DNA from: Naegleria gruberi
Lineage: Eukaryota
DNA length: 64,000 bases
Assembly: GCA_000004985.1 (NCBI GenBank)
Contig: GG738846.1
Strand: one strand, 5' to 3'
Position 1 is the first letter of the stretch. The number at the start of each line of letters is the position of its first letter. Under the pieces are notes generated by a model. That model saw nothing but the letters and a program-made list of their open reading frames with translations. It was not told the DNA's origin and did no database searches. This document shows, one piece after another, positions 53,292 to 64,000 of this stretch. The position numbers were made by a program, and so were the translations under genes.

Positions 53292-54133
53292 ATGGCTTTT
53301 ATATTTCCACTAGAACAGGTGGAAAACAAAAAGGAAGGCCTTGTCAAGGAAAGCAAAGCGATTTGCAGATTGTTAGATTTGGGTTTCGGTCCGTTGAATG
53401 AATTACTCTCCAGTGACAGTGTTACAGATTGTAGATTGGATAGATTGTTCAATGGGGATCGATTCTTCTCAAATTCCAGCAGAGATTTGCAAATCAATTA
53501 CAAAACAAGTCGTATTCACACTCTTGATAAGGGTGACTCTTATTCTTGTTTTATAGATGATGGAAACAACTTTGTAATTCAATCAGATGAGAGAATAATT
53601 GAAAGATCTCCATTTGTGATTAGATTGGATCAAGAAACTTTGGAATCATTCTTTCCAAATCTTCCAACTGAGGTAAAGGATATGTATAATCTTTTAAAGA
53701 GAGTCATTGGATATTCTAAAAAGTATAGCTTGTTAAGATTTGCTTCCTTATTTCAATGCAACCCAAAACCAGCAACTGGATTATCAGTTAAGAAAATTGT
53801 TTTATTAAGAATTTTAATCAAGTTAATAATTTGAAAATTATATTTCCAATTGACGTAGGTGAATTTCAAAGAGTTGATTTTGCCAATTCCCAATTCGTTT
53901 TTAAGAATGCCAATATTCCACTCACACATTTAAAGATGAACTCTAGATTGTTCAATACATTAGCTGTTCAAATCAAATTGAGTAATTCAATTTTCAGAGA
54001 TTCATTCAAAATTACATTAGATGATGATGATGGAGATGATGATGAAGATGATGGAGAAGATGATGAAGAAGATGAAAATGATGATGGAGAAGATGAAGAG
54101 AGAGGAACATCAAAAAAAACAAAATTCGATTAA
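53292..54133 (+). CDS. hypothetical ORFs 53292-53834 and 53831-54133; the latter ends in a long acidic tail
   Basis: The two frames are adjacent, with a C-terminal DDDDGDDDEDDGEDDEEDENDDGEDEE tract. The exon structure is unresolved. Confidence 0.25.
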
Positions 54134-54282
54134 TCAGAATAATTAAATTCTTCTTCTTATCAACAAGAAGAAATGTACAATAAACAAATCTGTTACAATA
54201 TACTAAGGTTTAAGAAGAGAGTAATCATTTCTCCAAAAAAATAAATTTGATAAACTAATGGGTTTCTGGAAAAATTGAAAAT

Positions 54283-54748
54283 TTATTCTTGAGAAGCATT
54301 CTTCATGTATTCAATCAAATCGGCTCTTTCGGCTGGCTTCTTCAAACCTGTTAAAATTAAGTTAAAATTAAAATTAAATTAAAATTAAATAAAAAAATAA
54401 AATTAAATAAAAAAATAAATGTTAAATAATTAATAATAATAAAATCATTAAATAATAATGCAAATAAATGATGAGCGTACCTGCAAAAACCATTTTAGTT
54501 CCAGGTATATACTTCTTAGGATCCAACAAATAATCAAAGAGGGATTGTTCATTCCAAGTAACACCCTTTTCCTTATTGGCAGCAGAGTAGGCATAACCTT
54601 CAGCCAAACCAGACTTTCTACCCCACATACCGTAGAGATTTGGACCAACCTTGTGAGCACCTCCCTTGTTGATGGTGTGACATTGGGCACATCTGGCCTT
54701 GAAGATCTTTTCACCCTTAGTTGCGTTACCTTGTGGAATTTCTATCAA
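54283..54748 (-). CDS. cyc: cytochrome c, 2 exons (54748..54481, 54347..54283)
   Basis: The heme-binding CAQCH motif and classic cytochrome c sequence ([84 protein letters not shown]|[20 protein letters not shown]). The intron is 54348..54480 (133 nt, GTACGC…TTTTAACAG, phase 1). TAA at 54283-54285. Total 110 aa. Confidence 0.85.
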
Positions 54749-55596
54749 ATGATGATGATGATGATCATTATATTGTAGGAAAAAGTTATTTCACGTCAAT
54801 TTGTAAAGATGACAATGATGATTTAAAATATGGAACAATATATTAGTAACAGATATATAATGATATATGTAGTGTAGCAAGAAGTAGTAGCAGCAACAAG
54901 TGGTACAAGTCCGTGTGAACAAGTTGTTTCATCATGATGGAAAATAATGTTGATGAATTATTGAAGAAAATATAAATTTCATTATTATTATTGAAGGTAC
55001 GTACCAGACATTTTTTTTATTGTTCAGTGTTGGCCAATTCTACAACACGCGTTCAGCTTAAATTCAACCACGCGCGTCGTTGAGCAACTCTTGGTCAACC
55101 ATTCGTAAAACCAATCAAAATGCCTTAAGGAGAATAATGAATTAATCTAGACAAAAACCGGCCAATTTGTTCTGTTTAGGCGGCGTTTTGAATGTGTGTT
55201 GGTGCAAAGATGATGTGTTGTGAGAAGCATCTCTCTTTCAAATCCCATTTATTGTAAAAAAATGCACAGGAGTTTTTTCCTCGAATCATTTAAATGATGG
55301 GCCGACTGTAAATTTTGGCTATCAAAGAATGGAAGAGAGGATGAAATTAATTGACTGGATGATAATAATATTGGAAAGTGGATGACAACAATAATATATT
55401 ATCTATTCTAGTGGATTGTATTATCCATGCATTTTATTTTGATTGGGTTGATATTGTAGTGCCACATGTGGAATGAAGGAATGAAGAAATTGGAGATTTG
55501 TATAATTTTGGATTTTGGATGTCCCTCTTGTCAATATAATCTTTCCACACCAATTAATTACATTAATTTATATTTAACATTTTAATCTATTAATTT

Positions 55597-56697
55597 TCAA
55601 ATTTTGATAGTATTTTGTTGTAAAAGGACACTCATTATATCTTTAGAGTCAGAGTAGTTATCGAGCATGATAATATTCACCTGTCTTCGTGCAAGTGCTT
55701 GCGTGGATAACCAATTTACAATTTCCGAATTGTAAAAGTGACCCAATTCTAGAGCACTAGATGGCCTGCCAATGATACCATTTGCAATCATTAAATTGTC
55801 TGGTGTAATTTTACATTGAATTGCAAAAAATGATTGATCCTGAACCTTTCTGGAGGAAATTTCTTTCGAGACTCTCATGAACAAATCATGACTATTCCTA
55901 ACAATGGGTCTAAAGTATCGAATATTTGGCAAATCATTATTATTATGGATGGAAAGAGAAGGGGACCAGAACAGTCCATTTGAGTGTTTTACAATATTTT
56001 CATTGTGGTAAATTACGATTATTCTTTGCTTGTTGGTTTGCCTCCAAATTTCATTCAGTGATGAGCTAGCTTGAATAGTTTTAGAGTTGGCCAATAATTT
56101 TCCAAACTTTTTTTTCAAAACACTACTCAAATAATTATGGTCATACTCACTCATTTCAAAAAAGTGAGCAAAATCCAAAATGACAACCTCATTAGGAGAT
56201 TCTTTCATGAATTGAACAATTTCATTAAGAGAATCTTCAATTGGTCTATCAAACATTGTATTACATGATTTGAGCATGGTAACTTTCTTAAATGTTGACC
56301 TGTCTCTACAAGTTCTAATATCAAAATAACGAATACCATCTCGCAATTGTAATAATGCAGATCTACTTTGAGTTTTTGACCATTTCTATTGAATTGAAAT
56401 AATATATATTTTAATTATTTTATAATTGTTATTATATATTTTAATTATTATTAATTTAATTAATTAAATTACAATTATTTGTTTTAAAAAAAAATATATA
56501 TATAAAACTTACCGATTGAACTCTATTTAAAACATCTTTTGGATAATATTTAAGAGTTTTAAATATGAAATGTTCATTTCTCTTTCCATCTGGAGAAATT
56601 CTAGAATATTCATTCAAATGATTTGAAAATGAGGAACGTGTACCAGGAATGACCAATCTATTCAATGGATAATCACCAATGATTCCCCTCAAATCAT
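55597..56697 (-). CDS. PI-PLC X-domain-containing (PLCXD-like) protein, 2 exons (≥56697..56513, 56385..55597)
   Basis: X-box motifs WMYDL…LNRLVIPGTRSSFS and GIRYFDIR. The intron is 56386..56512 (127 nt, GTAAGT…ATTCAATAG, phase 0). TAA at 55597-55599. The first in-frame ATG is at 56697, and no ATG-initiated upstream exon was found. Confidence 0.55.
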
Positions 56698-56899
56698 ACA
56701 TCCAACTGGATGGATTTCCCTTATATGGATTTCCCTTAATTTTAGCAACGGGTGGTCCCAAAAAGAATTTTTTCAATAAGGGTTAGACCGAAGGAGGTGA
56801 GCTAAAAAATGTTACATCACGGTAATTTCGCGCCAACCAAAAACCGCTGAAAGTTGTCTGTTCTGACCGTTAAATATTCAACAAAAAAAAACAACAAAC

Positions 56900-57230
56900 A
56901 ACAATTACTCATCATGAATTCATCATCACCCTGCTAAATAGGTATATTGGTTGGTATTCCCACCTTCAGCATGCTACCTTGAGAAGCCACCATGAGGAGA
57001 GTTCTCCCTTTGCTTCCTTCCTCACCAGCCATTACTACATTCACCTCGCCAAAACATCATCTAGATAAGTGCCTGCCCATTTACTTGAAATTGTTGGTAC
57101 ATTAAAGCGAAGGTTCATGTACAAGAACCCAGAAGTACTTGTTTCTAGAAGAACAAGTGGTAATTGATACTTTGAACACACTGTCTCACTCTTGGTCCAA
57201 TAAACCTTCGGCTCGACTTTAACAAATTTT
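56900..57230. other. GC-enriched ORF-free island ending in T-run (candidate structured ncRNA or UTR)
   Basis: Local GC is ~45% against a ~33% background. No ORF of ≥60 aa on either strand. It ends …CCTTCGGCTCGACTTTAACAAATTTTTGTTTTTT (57194-57237). Confidence 0.2.
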
Positions 57231-57281
57231 TGTTTTTTGAGTGACTTCTAAATTTTTTATAAAAATATTTGTCAATCCTTC

Positions 57282-57770
57282 TCACCTCCCACGGTCTAAT
57301 AAGGGTGTATTGATTTTCTTTTTCAACTTGTCATACACTGATTGAATGAATAGAGTACTTGTTGCCAATTCATTACTTATTTCCAATGTTTTTGAACTAT
57401 TTTCAGTGCAGGTTTGATCTAATTGTTTAAAAATCAAACGAAACAAATTTCTTTTCGATTTTGGATATTTTATAAAGAGGGTTTGCTTACTGTGTCTCAA
57501 TCTGGCAGAGGGTTTCCAAACACCATTTCCTTGTTCGAATTGATTACATAAGAAACCAAACGAAACCTCTCCCAATAATGATAAAAATAATATCACCAAC
57601 AATGATACAACCATTGTCATTAATTGATGACTACAATTCTTCATCTCTTCAATTTTTTTTTCTCTCTCAATACTGTTATTGAAATCATTCAATGATGGAG
57701 AATGATGGAATACAACAAATTTACAATAAATTTTTTTTTCATCTAAGGTATATTCCAAGACCTCATCCAC
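57282..57770 (-). CDS. hypothetical ORF (track start is GTG; first ATG gives signal-like MKNCSHQLMTMVVSLLVILFLSLL…)
   Basis: The frame is open, but no supporting domain was found. Coding status is uncertain. Confidence 0.2.
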   Translation of the reverse strand: MDEVLEYTLDEKKIYCKFVVFHHSPSLNDFNNSIEREKKIEEMKNCSHQLMTMVVSLLVILFLSLLGEVSFGFLCNQFEQGNGVWKPSARLRHSKQTLFIKYPKSKRNLFRLIFKQLDQTCTENSSKTLEISNELATSTLFIQSVYDKLKKKINTPLLDRGR

Positions 57771-57915
57771 ACAATTAATATCATATAATAAAAATCAAAC
57801 AATCATCAAGTTGAGTTGAATCAGATAAGTTATTATTGTATCCACGTGGATATTACTCGATGAAAGAAGATATTCCTTCTAATTTGTTTCAAAAAAATAT
57901 TTTAAAAATAAAAAA

Positions 57916-59007
57916 ATGAACAACAATAACGATCAAACTCTGTTGCCTTTCGAAGGAGGAGGAGGTTCTACAAGTAATGGTGGTTTGGAGTTTCAAGGTT
58001 AGTTGGATTCGTGTTGGAAAAAATTTATATAAATTTATTATTATATCGGATCATCAATTCTAGAATTTGGAACTCATCAACAATTAACCTTTCCTTCTGA
58101 TCCGATGGGATCAATGACTCTTGATGAAAATCCAATGATGAGTAATATTCCATCAAGTGGTGCCACTGCTGGTACTAGTACTGGTAGTAATCAACAACAA
58201 CAAAATACAATAGTATTGAGTGGAGATGATTCTGATGATGAAATGACCAATGTGGATTATTCACAATATAGTTTTTGGAACCTTGAATATTATATTCCAT
58301 TCTTTAATGTGAATACTAATGAAGTACTCAGGAGAATAACCAAACCATATCTCTTTTTTTTGAACACTGACGAATCTTTTGTATCATACACAAAGAGAGG
58401 AAAGAGACAATCTGATCTGTGGGGACCATTTTGGATTATCACAACACTTATTGTTGTAATTGTCATGACTAGTAATATTGGACACTTTTTTAATTTAAAT
58501 GCTATCGGAAAAGAGTTGGAGGGAGATTTTCAACAATCTGGATCCAATAATAATACATCAGGAAATGAAGCTTTCCGTCGACCAACAAGTGATTTATTAG
58601 AATGGACAACTGACTTTTCACTCATTTCTGTAGGAGCAACAGTGTTTTATGCATTTTCTATGGTAGTTCCTGCTCTTTTATGGGTTGCTATGAAATATAA
58701 GGGTGTAACTGTTAGTCTTGTTGAAACCATATGTGTCTATGGATATTCTTTCGCAGTAGTTATACCACCACTTGTTTTATGCATGTTCAATATTACTTGG
58801 TTGAGATGGATTTTGATTATGGGAGGATTTTTATATGCCAGTGTTTTTATAGTATTTGGTTTATTCAAAGAATGGAAGAAGGTTGTCACTGGTCCACAAG
58901 ATAATATTTTCCTTCTTGTTTTTGCAGCTTTTATTGTACTTTCTCACCTCATTTTGGCTGTCTTTGTCAAGTTTTACTTTTACACATTTTCAGTTGATTT
59001 GAAATAA
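57916..59007 (+). CDS. Yip1-domain (YIPF) family membrane protein, 2 exons (57916..57997, 58064..59007)
   Basis: ATG at 57916 (aaaaaaATG). The intron is 57998..58063 (66 nt, GTTAGT…CAATTCTAG, phase 1) and joins in frame. The conserved Yip1 motifs are DLWGPFW and VYGYSF, with 5 TM helices. TAA at 59005-59007. Confidence 0.55.
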
Positions 59008-59436
59008 ATTTTGTAATATTTAATTGAAATATGGTTTATCATTGAAATTGTAATATATTTATTATAACTAAACTGAATAGGAATAGTAGTGTTTTTTCAA
59101 TAATGAAATTTTTATTCTACAAGTGCATCATTATACTTTGTTGGGAATTAGTTGTTGATTGCTAAAGGAAGAAGCAATGGTTTATCCTTTGGAATAAAGT
59201 GAGGAATAGTTGACGTTTTGTTCAAGTCAATGTTGATTTTAAAAAAATACAAACACCTTACAACAATTCCACAACACCACTACCCAAATAAGAAAGTATT
59301 ATAAAAATAAAACCTGAACTTCAATGACGAAATCAGAATTGGATAATTGAAATAAACTAAATCACAAAAAAGAGAAAACCAATAAACAAAATAAGCCACA
59401 TATAAAACCACCATTGAAACAAAGTTTTGCTTGTTG

Positions 59437-59660
59437 ATGGTAAAATATTTGTTGTGGTGGTTTTAATAATTAATAACGAGGGGATGGAAAATCCGTCATC
59501 CAAATCCCACACAACTCCTCCACTAAAATCCAGAATCCACAATATCTGGGATTTGGATTAAGGTTATTCCATCCCCTCTTAACAACAAATCACATTTAAA
59601 AGAATTAATTTGATTTTCTTGATGAGATAAAATGTGGTTGATTTGATGTGTCATTTTTGA
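59437..59660. repeat. repeat copy carrying a MITE-like insertion (paralog of 60126-60240)
   Basis: GGTAAAATATTTGTTGTGGT…TTTTAATAATTAA[insertion]CAACAAATCACATT…GATGAGATAAAATGTGGTTGATTTGAT is shared with 60126-60240. Confidence 0.7.
59478..59578. mobile_element. 101-bp palindromic MITE-like insertion with 12-bp perfect TIRs (GAGGGGATGGAA / TTCCATCCCCTC) and nested inverted repeat (TCCAAATCCCA / TGGGATTTGGA)
   Basis: It is present in the 59437-59660 copy and absent from the otherwise colinear paralog at 60126-60240 (AATAATTAACAACAAAT). It is flanked by a TTAA/TAAC direct-repeat context. The exact target-site duplication is ambiguous because of local TAA repeats. Confidence 0.6.
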
Positions 59661-59958
59661 AATTTTCTTTAATATTGGTAAAATCTTAATCCAAACTTTA
59701 CAGTAAAGTCAGACTTGGAAATTATAGTCAAAGTTTAATTGTGGTAGTATAATAGTGTTTCTTCTATTACAAGAACAATAATAAAAGGTAGAGAAATTTA
59801 AATTTTAAAAATAAAATATAGAAAGAAATATGATTATTCTGAGTTAATGGATATCTATTTGCAAGAAATTATCTTAACCATCAATCATTACAAAGATCTT
59901 ACCATTAATGCAATCACAAACCATCATCAAGATCCAGATTATGATCATATTGATTTCA

Positions 59959-60237
59959 TTAAGCAAAATATTGTAAAAGAATTGAAGTTTTAATGGATCT
60001 GCAATTAAAATTGGTGCTGGAAGTGTATATTGTAAAAGGTTGAGATATTTGTGTTAAATATTGCAACCTTCTTACAACCACCAAAAAGCAAGACAAAAGA
60101 AAGCGAATTCTTTTTCTTTTTGTTGTTGAGGGTAAAATATTTGTTGTGGTAGTTTTAATAATTAACAACAAATCACATTGAAAAGAATTAATTTGATTTT
60201 CTTGATGAGATAAAATGTGGTTGATTTGATAAATCAT
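59959..60237 (-). CDS. short ORF of conserved-N-terminus family, subfamily D (MIYQINHILSHQENQINSFQCDL…)
   Basis: ATG at 60237..60235. The 5' ~60 nt is homologous to the 50777 copy. The ORF extends into the repeat at 60126-60240. Confidence 0.25.
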   Translation of the reverse strand: MIYQINHILSHQENQINSFQCDLLLIIKTTTTNILPSTTKRKRIRFLLSCFLVVVRRLQYLTQISQPFTIYTSSTNFNCRSIKTSILLQYFA

Positions 60238-60240
60238 TTT
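60126..60240. repeat. repeat copy without insertion (empty-site paralog of 59437-59660)
   Basis: See the paired feature 59437-59660. Confidence 0.7.
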
Positions 60241-60394
60241 CTTTGATTTCAGTTGATAAAGCTTGTTTTTGGTATTACCGTTTTTGTGAATAATATATAT
60301 TTATTTTGAAAATTACAATTCTTTTCCTCTAAAGTTGTTGATTGAGAATAATTGTTTGATCTGAAAGTTAGTTATGATGCACTATCTTGATTTT

Positions 60395-63300
60395 TTATTC
60401 TTCATTTGGTTGATCATCTAATAATTTACCATTATTTTTTTCTGATAAAGCTTCATCATCCTCATTTTCAGAATAATAGGCCTCACTTCCACCATCATTA
60501 ACATCCAAGTAATTGATTGCCAATTGCTTGTTTTCAGCTTCTTCCAAATCAATTGATAGGAATTTTGAAGTATCAATTCTGGCAGCTTGAGGATTTGGAT
60601 TTTGATGATGTTTATCCTTGAGTAAATATGTTTCCATTTTCCCCTTTCCTTTAACATCTACCTCTCTAGTTTCGAATTCAAATAAATCATAAACTCTTTC
60701 ATAAGTTGCTCTTGAAATTTGAATCCTTCCTGGTTCACCTGTAGATTCCATTCTTGAGGCAGTATTGACAGCATCTCCCCACAAATCATAGGCAAACTTT
60801 GAACTTCCTAATACACCTGCTGTTACTGATCCTGTGTGAACACCAACACGAATGTTTAAATTTGTATTATGTTTGACATTGTAATTGTATAAAATTGTAA
60901 ATTGACCCATTCCAAAATTAATAACCTTTTCAGGGTGATCTGATTGCTTTTGATGCAAACCACCAGCAAGGAAATAGGCATCTAAATTAAATGATTAATT
61001 ACTATACATGCCAAATATTATCAACAAAACTTACCACCAATGGTTTTAATCTTTTCAAGAGAATAGGTTTCACACAACAAGTCAAACTGGTTGACAATAA
61101 TATTCAACATTTCTACAACTTGGTGTGGTTCCAAATGACTACTCAAACTAGTGAAACCAACAATATCACTAAATAGACAGGTAACATCTTTAAAGTTTTC
61201 ATAAATATTAGTTTCACCTGCTCTTAATCTATTGGCAACAGGTAATGGTAAAATGTTAAGTAAAAGTGCTTCTGATTTGGTTTTTTCTTGTGCCATTAAA
61301 ATGGAATGTTTCAATTCGGAGGTAATATCCTTAATAAAACATGAAATAATAATTGTTCTCTTCTTATCATTAGGATCTCCCAATACTGAAACACATAAAT
61401 TAACTCTTGCTGGGAATGCCTTTCCGTTCTTTCTTTTGGCTTTTAACTTTTCAAATGTTTCTCCAAAGTTGCTAGTAGCATTCTTCATTCTCTCCAGAAC
61501 TGAATTTAGAGTGTCAACAACCTTCTTTTTAGAAAATAGAACAGCCAATCCAGTTCCAATAATTTCTGTAATTCTATAACCAAACATATCTTGTGCAGCT
61601 TGATTGAAAAATCTAATAGAACCATCTACATTACAAATGATAGATCCTTCTACAGTTGAATCAAGGACAGCCTTAACCTGGGAGAATGCTTGTTCATCTT
61701 CCTTATCATTATTTGAATCTTGGAACATTTGTAATATTCTATTCATGCCCTTCAATTTTCGATTCTTTCCATTGTTGCTTGATGCTGTCGAATTGTATTG
61801 ATAGTGAAGAGCATAATCTCTTAATTGATCATTTGAATCGATAAATTCCCATGATACATAATTGAACATAATTCTCATCTGATGGATTTGAGCCCAATAT
61901 CTATTGAACATATTATTACCTAAATAGAATAAAAATAGGCAAGCAATAAATCCAATAGAGGAGAACACTCCTGACAAATATCTGGAAGGATGCTGGTGCA
62001 AATCAACATAGGTATCAATGAAAGCATACAACTTGTAGGCCATAATTTTAGAAGCACTGTAAAATTGCATAAACTTGATATATATATCACGTGGGCCAAT
62101 AGTATGATGATAAGCTTGATTATTCAATTGATCTGCTTGTGAGGCTAACATATCCAATAATTGATCCAATCCATAACAATTATAATCTGTAGAGTTACAT
62201 TGATGACTTTGTACAACTGGAATATTTTCTGAGAGAATGGATTTTCTATTGTTGTACTCTGCTCCGTATATTAAATTGTTCCAAGACTTGACTGTTAGAG
62301 CTAGATAATTTTGGTTAAGTACAAAGTTGGCATCATTTTCATTTGGTTTTAGTGGTGAATCAAACACAATTTCGTCCAATCCAAAGTTTACAACTTGACT
62401 GTTCATTAAAACTCTACCTGCTTCTGCAACATTTAACATGGCCACATACGAATCATCTAAATTCAAGAAGAATTCTGTAATGATCAAGGCACCAGATACA
62501 AATGCAAATACAATAATGAGTAAACTGATTATTAATACAGATCTCTTTGGAGATAGATAGTCTGTTTGAGATTTGTTAACTTCTTCTCTAGTGTCCTTAT
62601 CTAAACGATGGAAAATCTTACCAACTTCATCTTTACCTATTCTCTTGAATAATCTTACAAGATTATTAATTTTACGTAAATGGAAATATAAAACTAGTAA
62701 ATAGCTCAAAGACATTAACAATACAATGGCATTTACACAAACTGCAATAATTATATAAATAACTCTAAGTTCTTGTGCCACCACTTGATTTCTATCAATA
62801 AAATTCACACAAAATGATTCATATGAACGCATGAGAGGTAATCTATTGAGCCACCAAAACATGAAAACATAGGATTCATATGTTTTGTTGTATTGGAAGA
62901 TTGTTGATTCTAACAATGAATCAATATTTGAAATCACTAGTTTAGTAGTTTCAGAGAGAGAGGTATTTCTAATTTCATAAACAATCTGGCCTGGAGTAAC
63001 AATTGGCAAGTACAAAGTAACATCATCATGGGTGAAATCATTTACCATGTCAGTTGTGAATACACCGACTGTTTTAGAGAGTGTTTGTACGGTTCTAGCC
63101 TTATCTTGAAGTGTTTTCAGTCTGTCCTTGTGGGCTGAGAATGATTGCAACAGAGCTGTATCATTAATACCATTAAACTTGATTGTAGATTGAAGTGAAC
63201 GAATACCACTGGCTATCAAATGCGAAACGCTATTCATGGTACAAGCTTGTTTGACAAGGAATACTTTTGAGGAAATTTCATTAGAGAAGGAAATATTTAC

Positions 63301-63957
63301 AGCCAAGGTGATTGTAATTAGTGCCAAGCCAAACAATAGGAATACTATGAAAAATCCATAGACAAACTTGTGTTCTTCTGGTACTAGTAATGATGTTCTG
63401 TAGAGCATTTCTTTTTTCTGAGTTGGTGTCACCATATCAGATCCATTTAAACTTTCCTCATCAATTTCCTCATCGAATAAATCAACTGCAGATCTTGGTT
63501 CTTCAGGTGATGTTGGTACTATTGGAACAACCTTGTTGTGTTTGGATGAAATCTTGATTTGGTTTACAGGCTCCCTCTTTCTAACTCTCTTAGATTCTTC
63601 ATCTTCAATTATTTGTGCTTCAAAATACAAGTCAGAAGCCAATTCTTTTTGGAATAGGTAATTTTCTAAAAATCTGGCATAGGTTCTTAGTGCAGTCTTA
63701 TCTCCAGAAAAGTTAGTCATCAAATTTCCAAATAAAACTTCCAGTTCAGCAGTAATCTTTTCAATTTGTTGATTCACTCCAATGATTTTTGAATCGGAAA
63801 CTACTTCATTTTGCAATTCCTTCCAGAATTGTCTGTGGAAGTAGGCCAATTGTTGTTCTTTGGCGTCAATTTTTTGTAATAACATCTTCATTTCCAAATT
63901 ACTTGTGGCATGTCTATTGGATGAAGATGAAATGATTTCCAATTCTTTCAATCTCAT
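60395..63957 (-). CDS. membrane adenylate cyclase: 4 TM helices bracketing two extracytoplasmic loops, PAS domain, class III cyclase catalytic domain (2 exons seen: 63957..61034, 60980..60395)
   Basis: ATG at 63957..63955. TM helices FVYGFFIVFLLFGLALITITLAV, IYIIIAVCVNAIVLLMSLSYLLVLYF, VLIISLLIIVFAFVSGALIITEFF and FSSIGFIACLFLFYLGNNMF. PAS-like QVKAVLDSTVEGSIICNVDGSIRFFNQAAQDMFGY. The catalytic domain is split by a 53-nt intron (60981..61033, GTAAGT…TTTAG, phase 1), giving …EKIKTIG|DAYFLAGG… Substrate-defining residues are Lys (IKTIGD) and Asp (YDLWGD), which is the adenylate-cyclase type. TAG at 60395-60397. Further 5' exons beyond the window cannot be excluded. Confidence 0.6.
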
Positions 63958-64000
63958 TTGAATGAAATATCTGTTCAGAATATTTGGATGTTGTCTGAGT

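Noticed and set aside
56840-56880. U2 snRNA-like sequence (TCTGTTCTGACCGTTAAATATTC resembles U2 stem-loop region)
   Set aside because: The essential GUAGUA branch-point-interacting sequence and the 5' AUCGCUUCUCGG are absent, so the similarity is superficial.
1-64000. tRNA / rRNA genes
   Set aside because: I scanned for T-arm consensus (GGTTCGAATCC-like) and its reverse complement and found no candidates. There are no long GC-balanced rRNA-like stretches.
1-64000. Prokaryotic operon interpretation of the ORF track (many M-initiated ORFs, overlapping ORFs)
   Set aside because: Many track starts are TTG/GTG/CTG (e.g. 19, 5811, 42360, 48738, 57770). Conserved domains are split between adjacent ORFs and are rejoined exactly by GT…AG introns. 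Poly-Q/N tracts and A-rich Kozak-like aaaaATG starts indicate a eukaryote.

Overview
This is an AT-rich (~67% AT) eukaryotic nuclear segment from a draft assembly with three N-gaps (7145-7194, 25557-25606, 28067-29235). It is gene-dense and has no rRNA, tRNA or CRISPR that I can support. Genes are interrupted by few, short spliceosomal introns. I located about 16 by eye, with donors GTAAGT/GTATGT/GTAGGT/GTATAT and acceptors ending in poly-pyrimidine-AG. They fall into an ultra-short class of 41-53 nt and a 66-160 nt class. Note that the ORF track uses alternative start codons (TTG/GTG/CTG shown as M) and reads through introns, so several track ORFs are exons of one gene.

About 30 protein genes are supportable, and many are signalling proteins:
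- a signal-peptide/Cys-rich-repeat receptor-like kinase,
- a TM-RCC1-kinase fusion,
- a 4-TM double-sensor PAS adenylate cyclase,
- an F-box/WD40 protein,
- an F-box protein,
- an LRR protein,
- a MORN-repeat protein.

Housekeeping or marker genes include cytochrome c (2 exons), an ERI-1/3'hExo-like exonuclease, dymeclin, a Yip1-family protein, a PLCXD-like phospholipase, a SET-domain methyltransferase and a bacterial-type FtsY SRP receptor (probable organellar/mitochondrial relic).

Gene content, low GC, short introns, poly-Q/N tracts and the many cyclases and kinases fit an amoeboid protist. Heterolobosean (Naegleria-like) is my best guess, amoebozoan is possible, and confidence in the taxon is low. 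It is not a prokaryote.

Accessory content:
- a dispersed family of short ORFs sharing a conserved 5' ~55-nt/18-aa module (8 copies, 3 subfamilies), including a very recent 1.37-kb tandem duplication;
- a ~1.6-kb element bounded by 89-bp terminal inverted repeats;
- a 101-bp palindromic MITE-like insertion that is present in one of two paralogous repeat copies in the same window, giving a filled-site/empty-site pair;
- a degenerate inverted duplicate of the kinase 5' end lying 3' of that kinase;
- a cluster of TGACGTCA palindromes.
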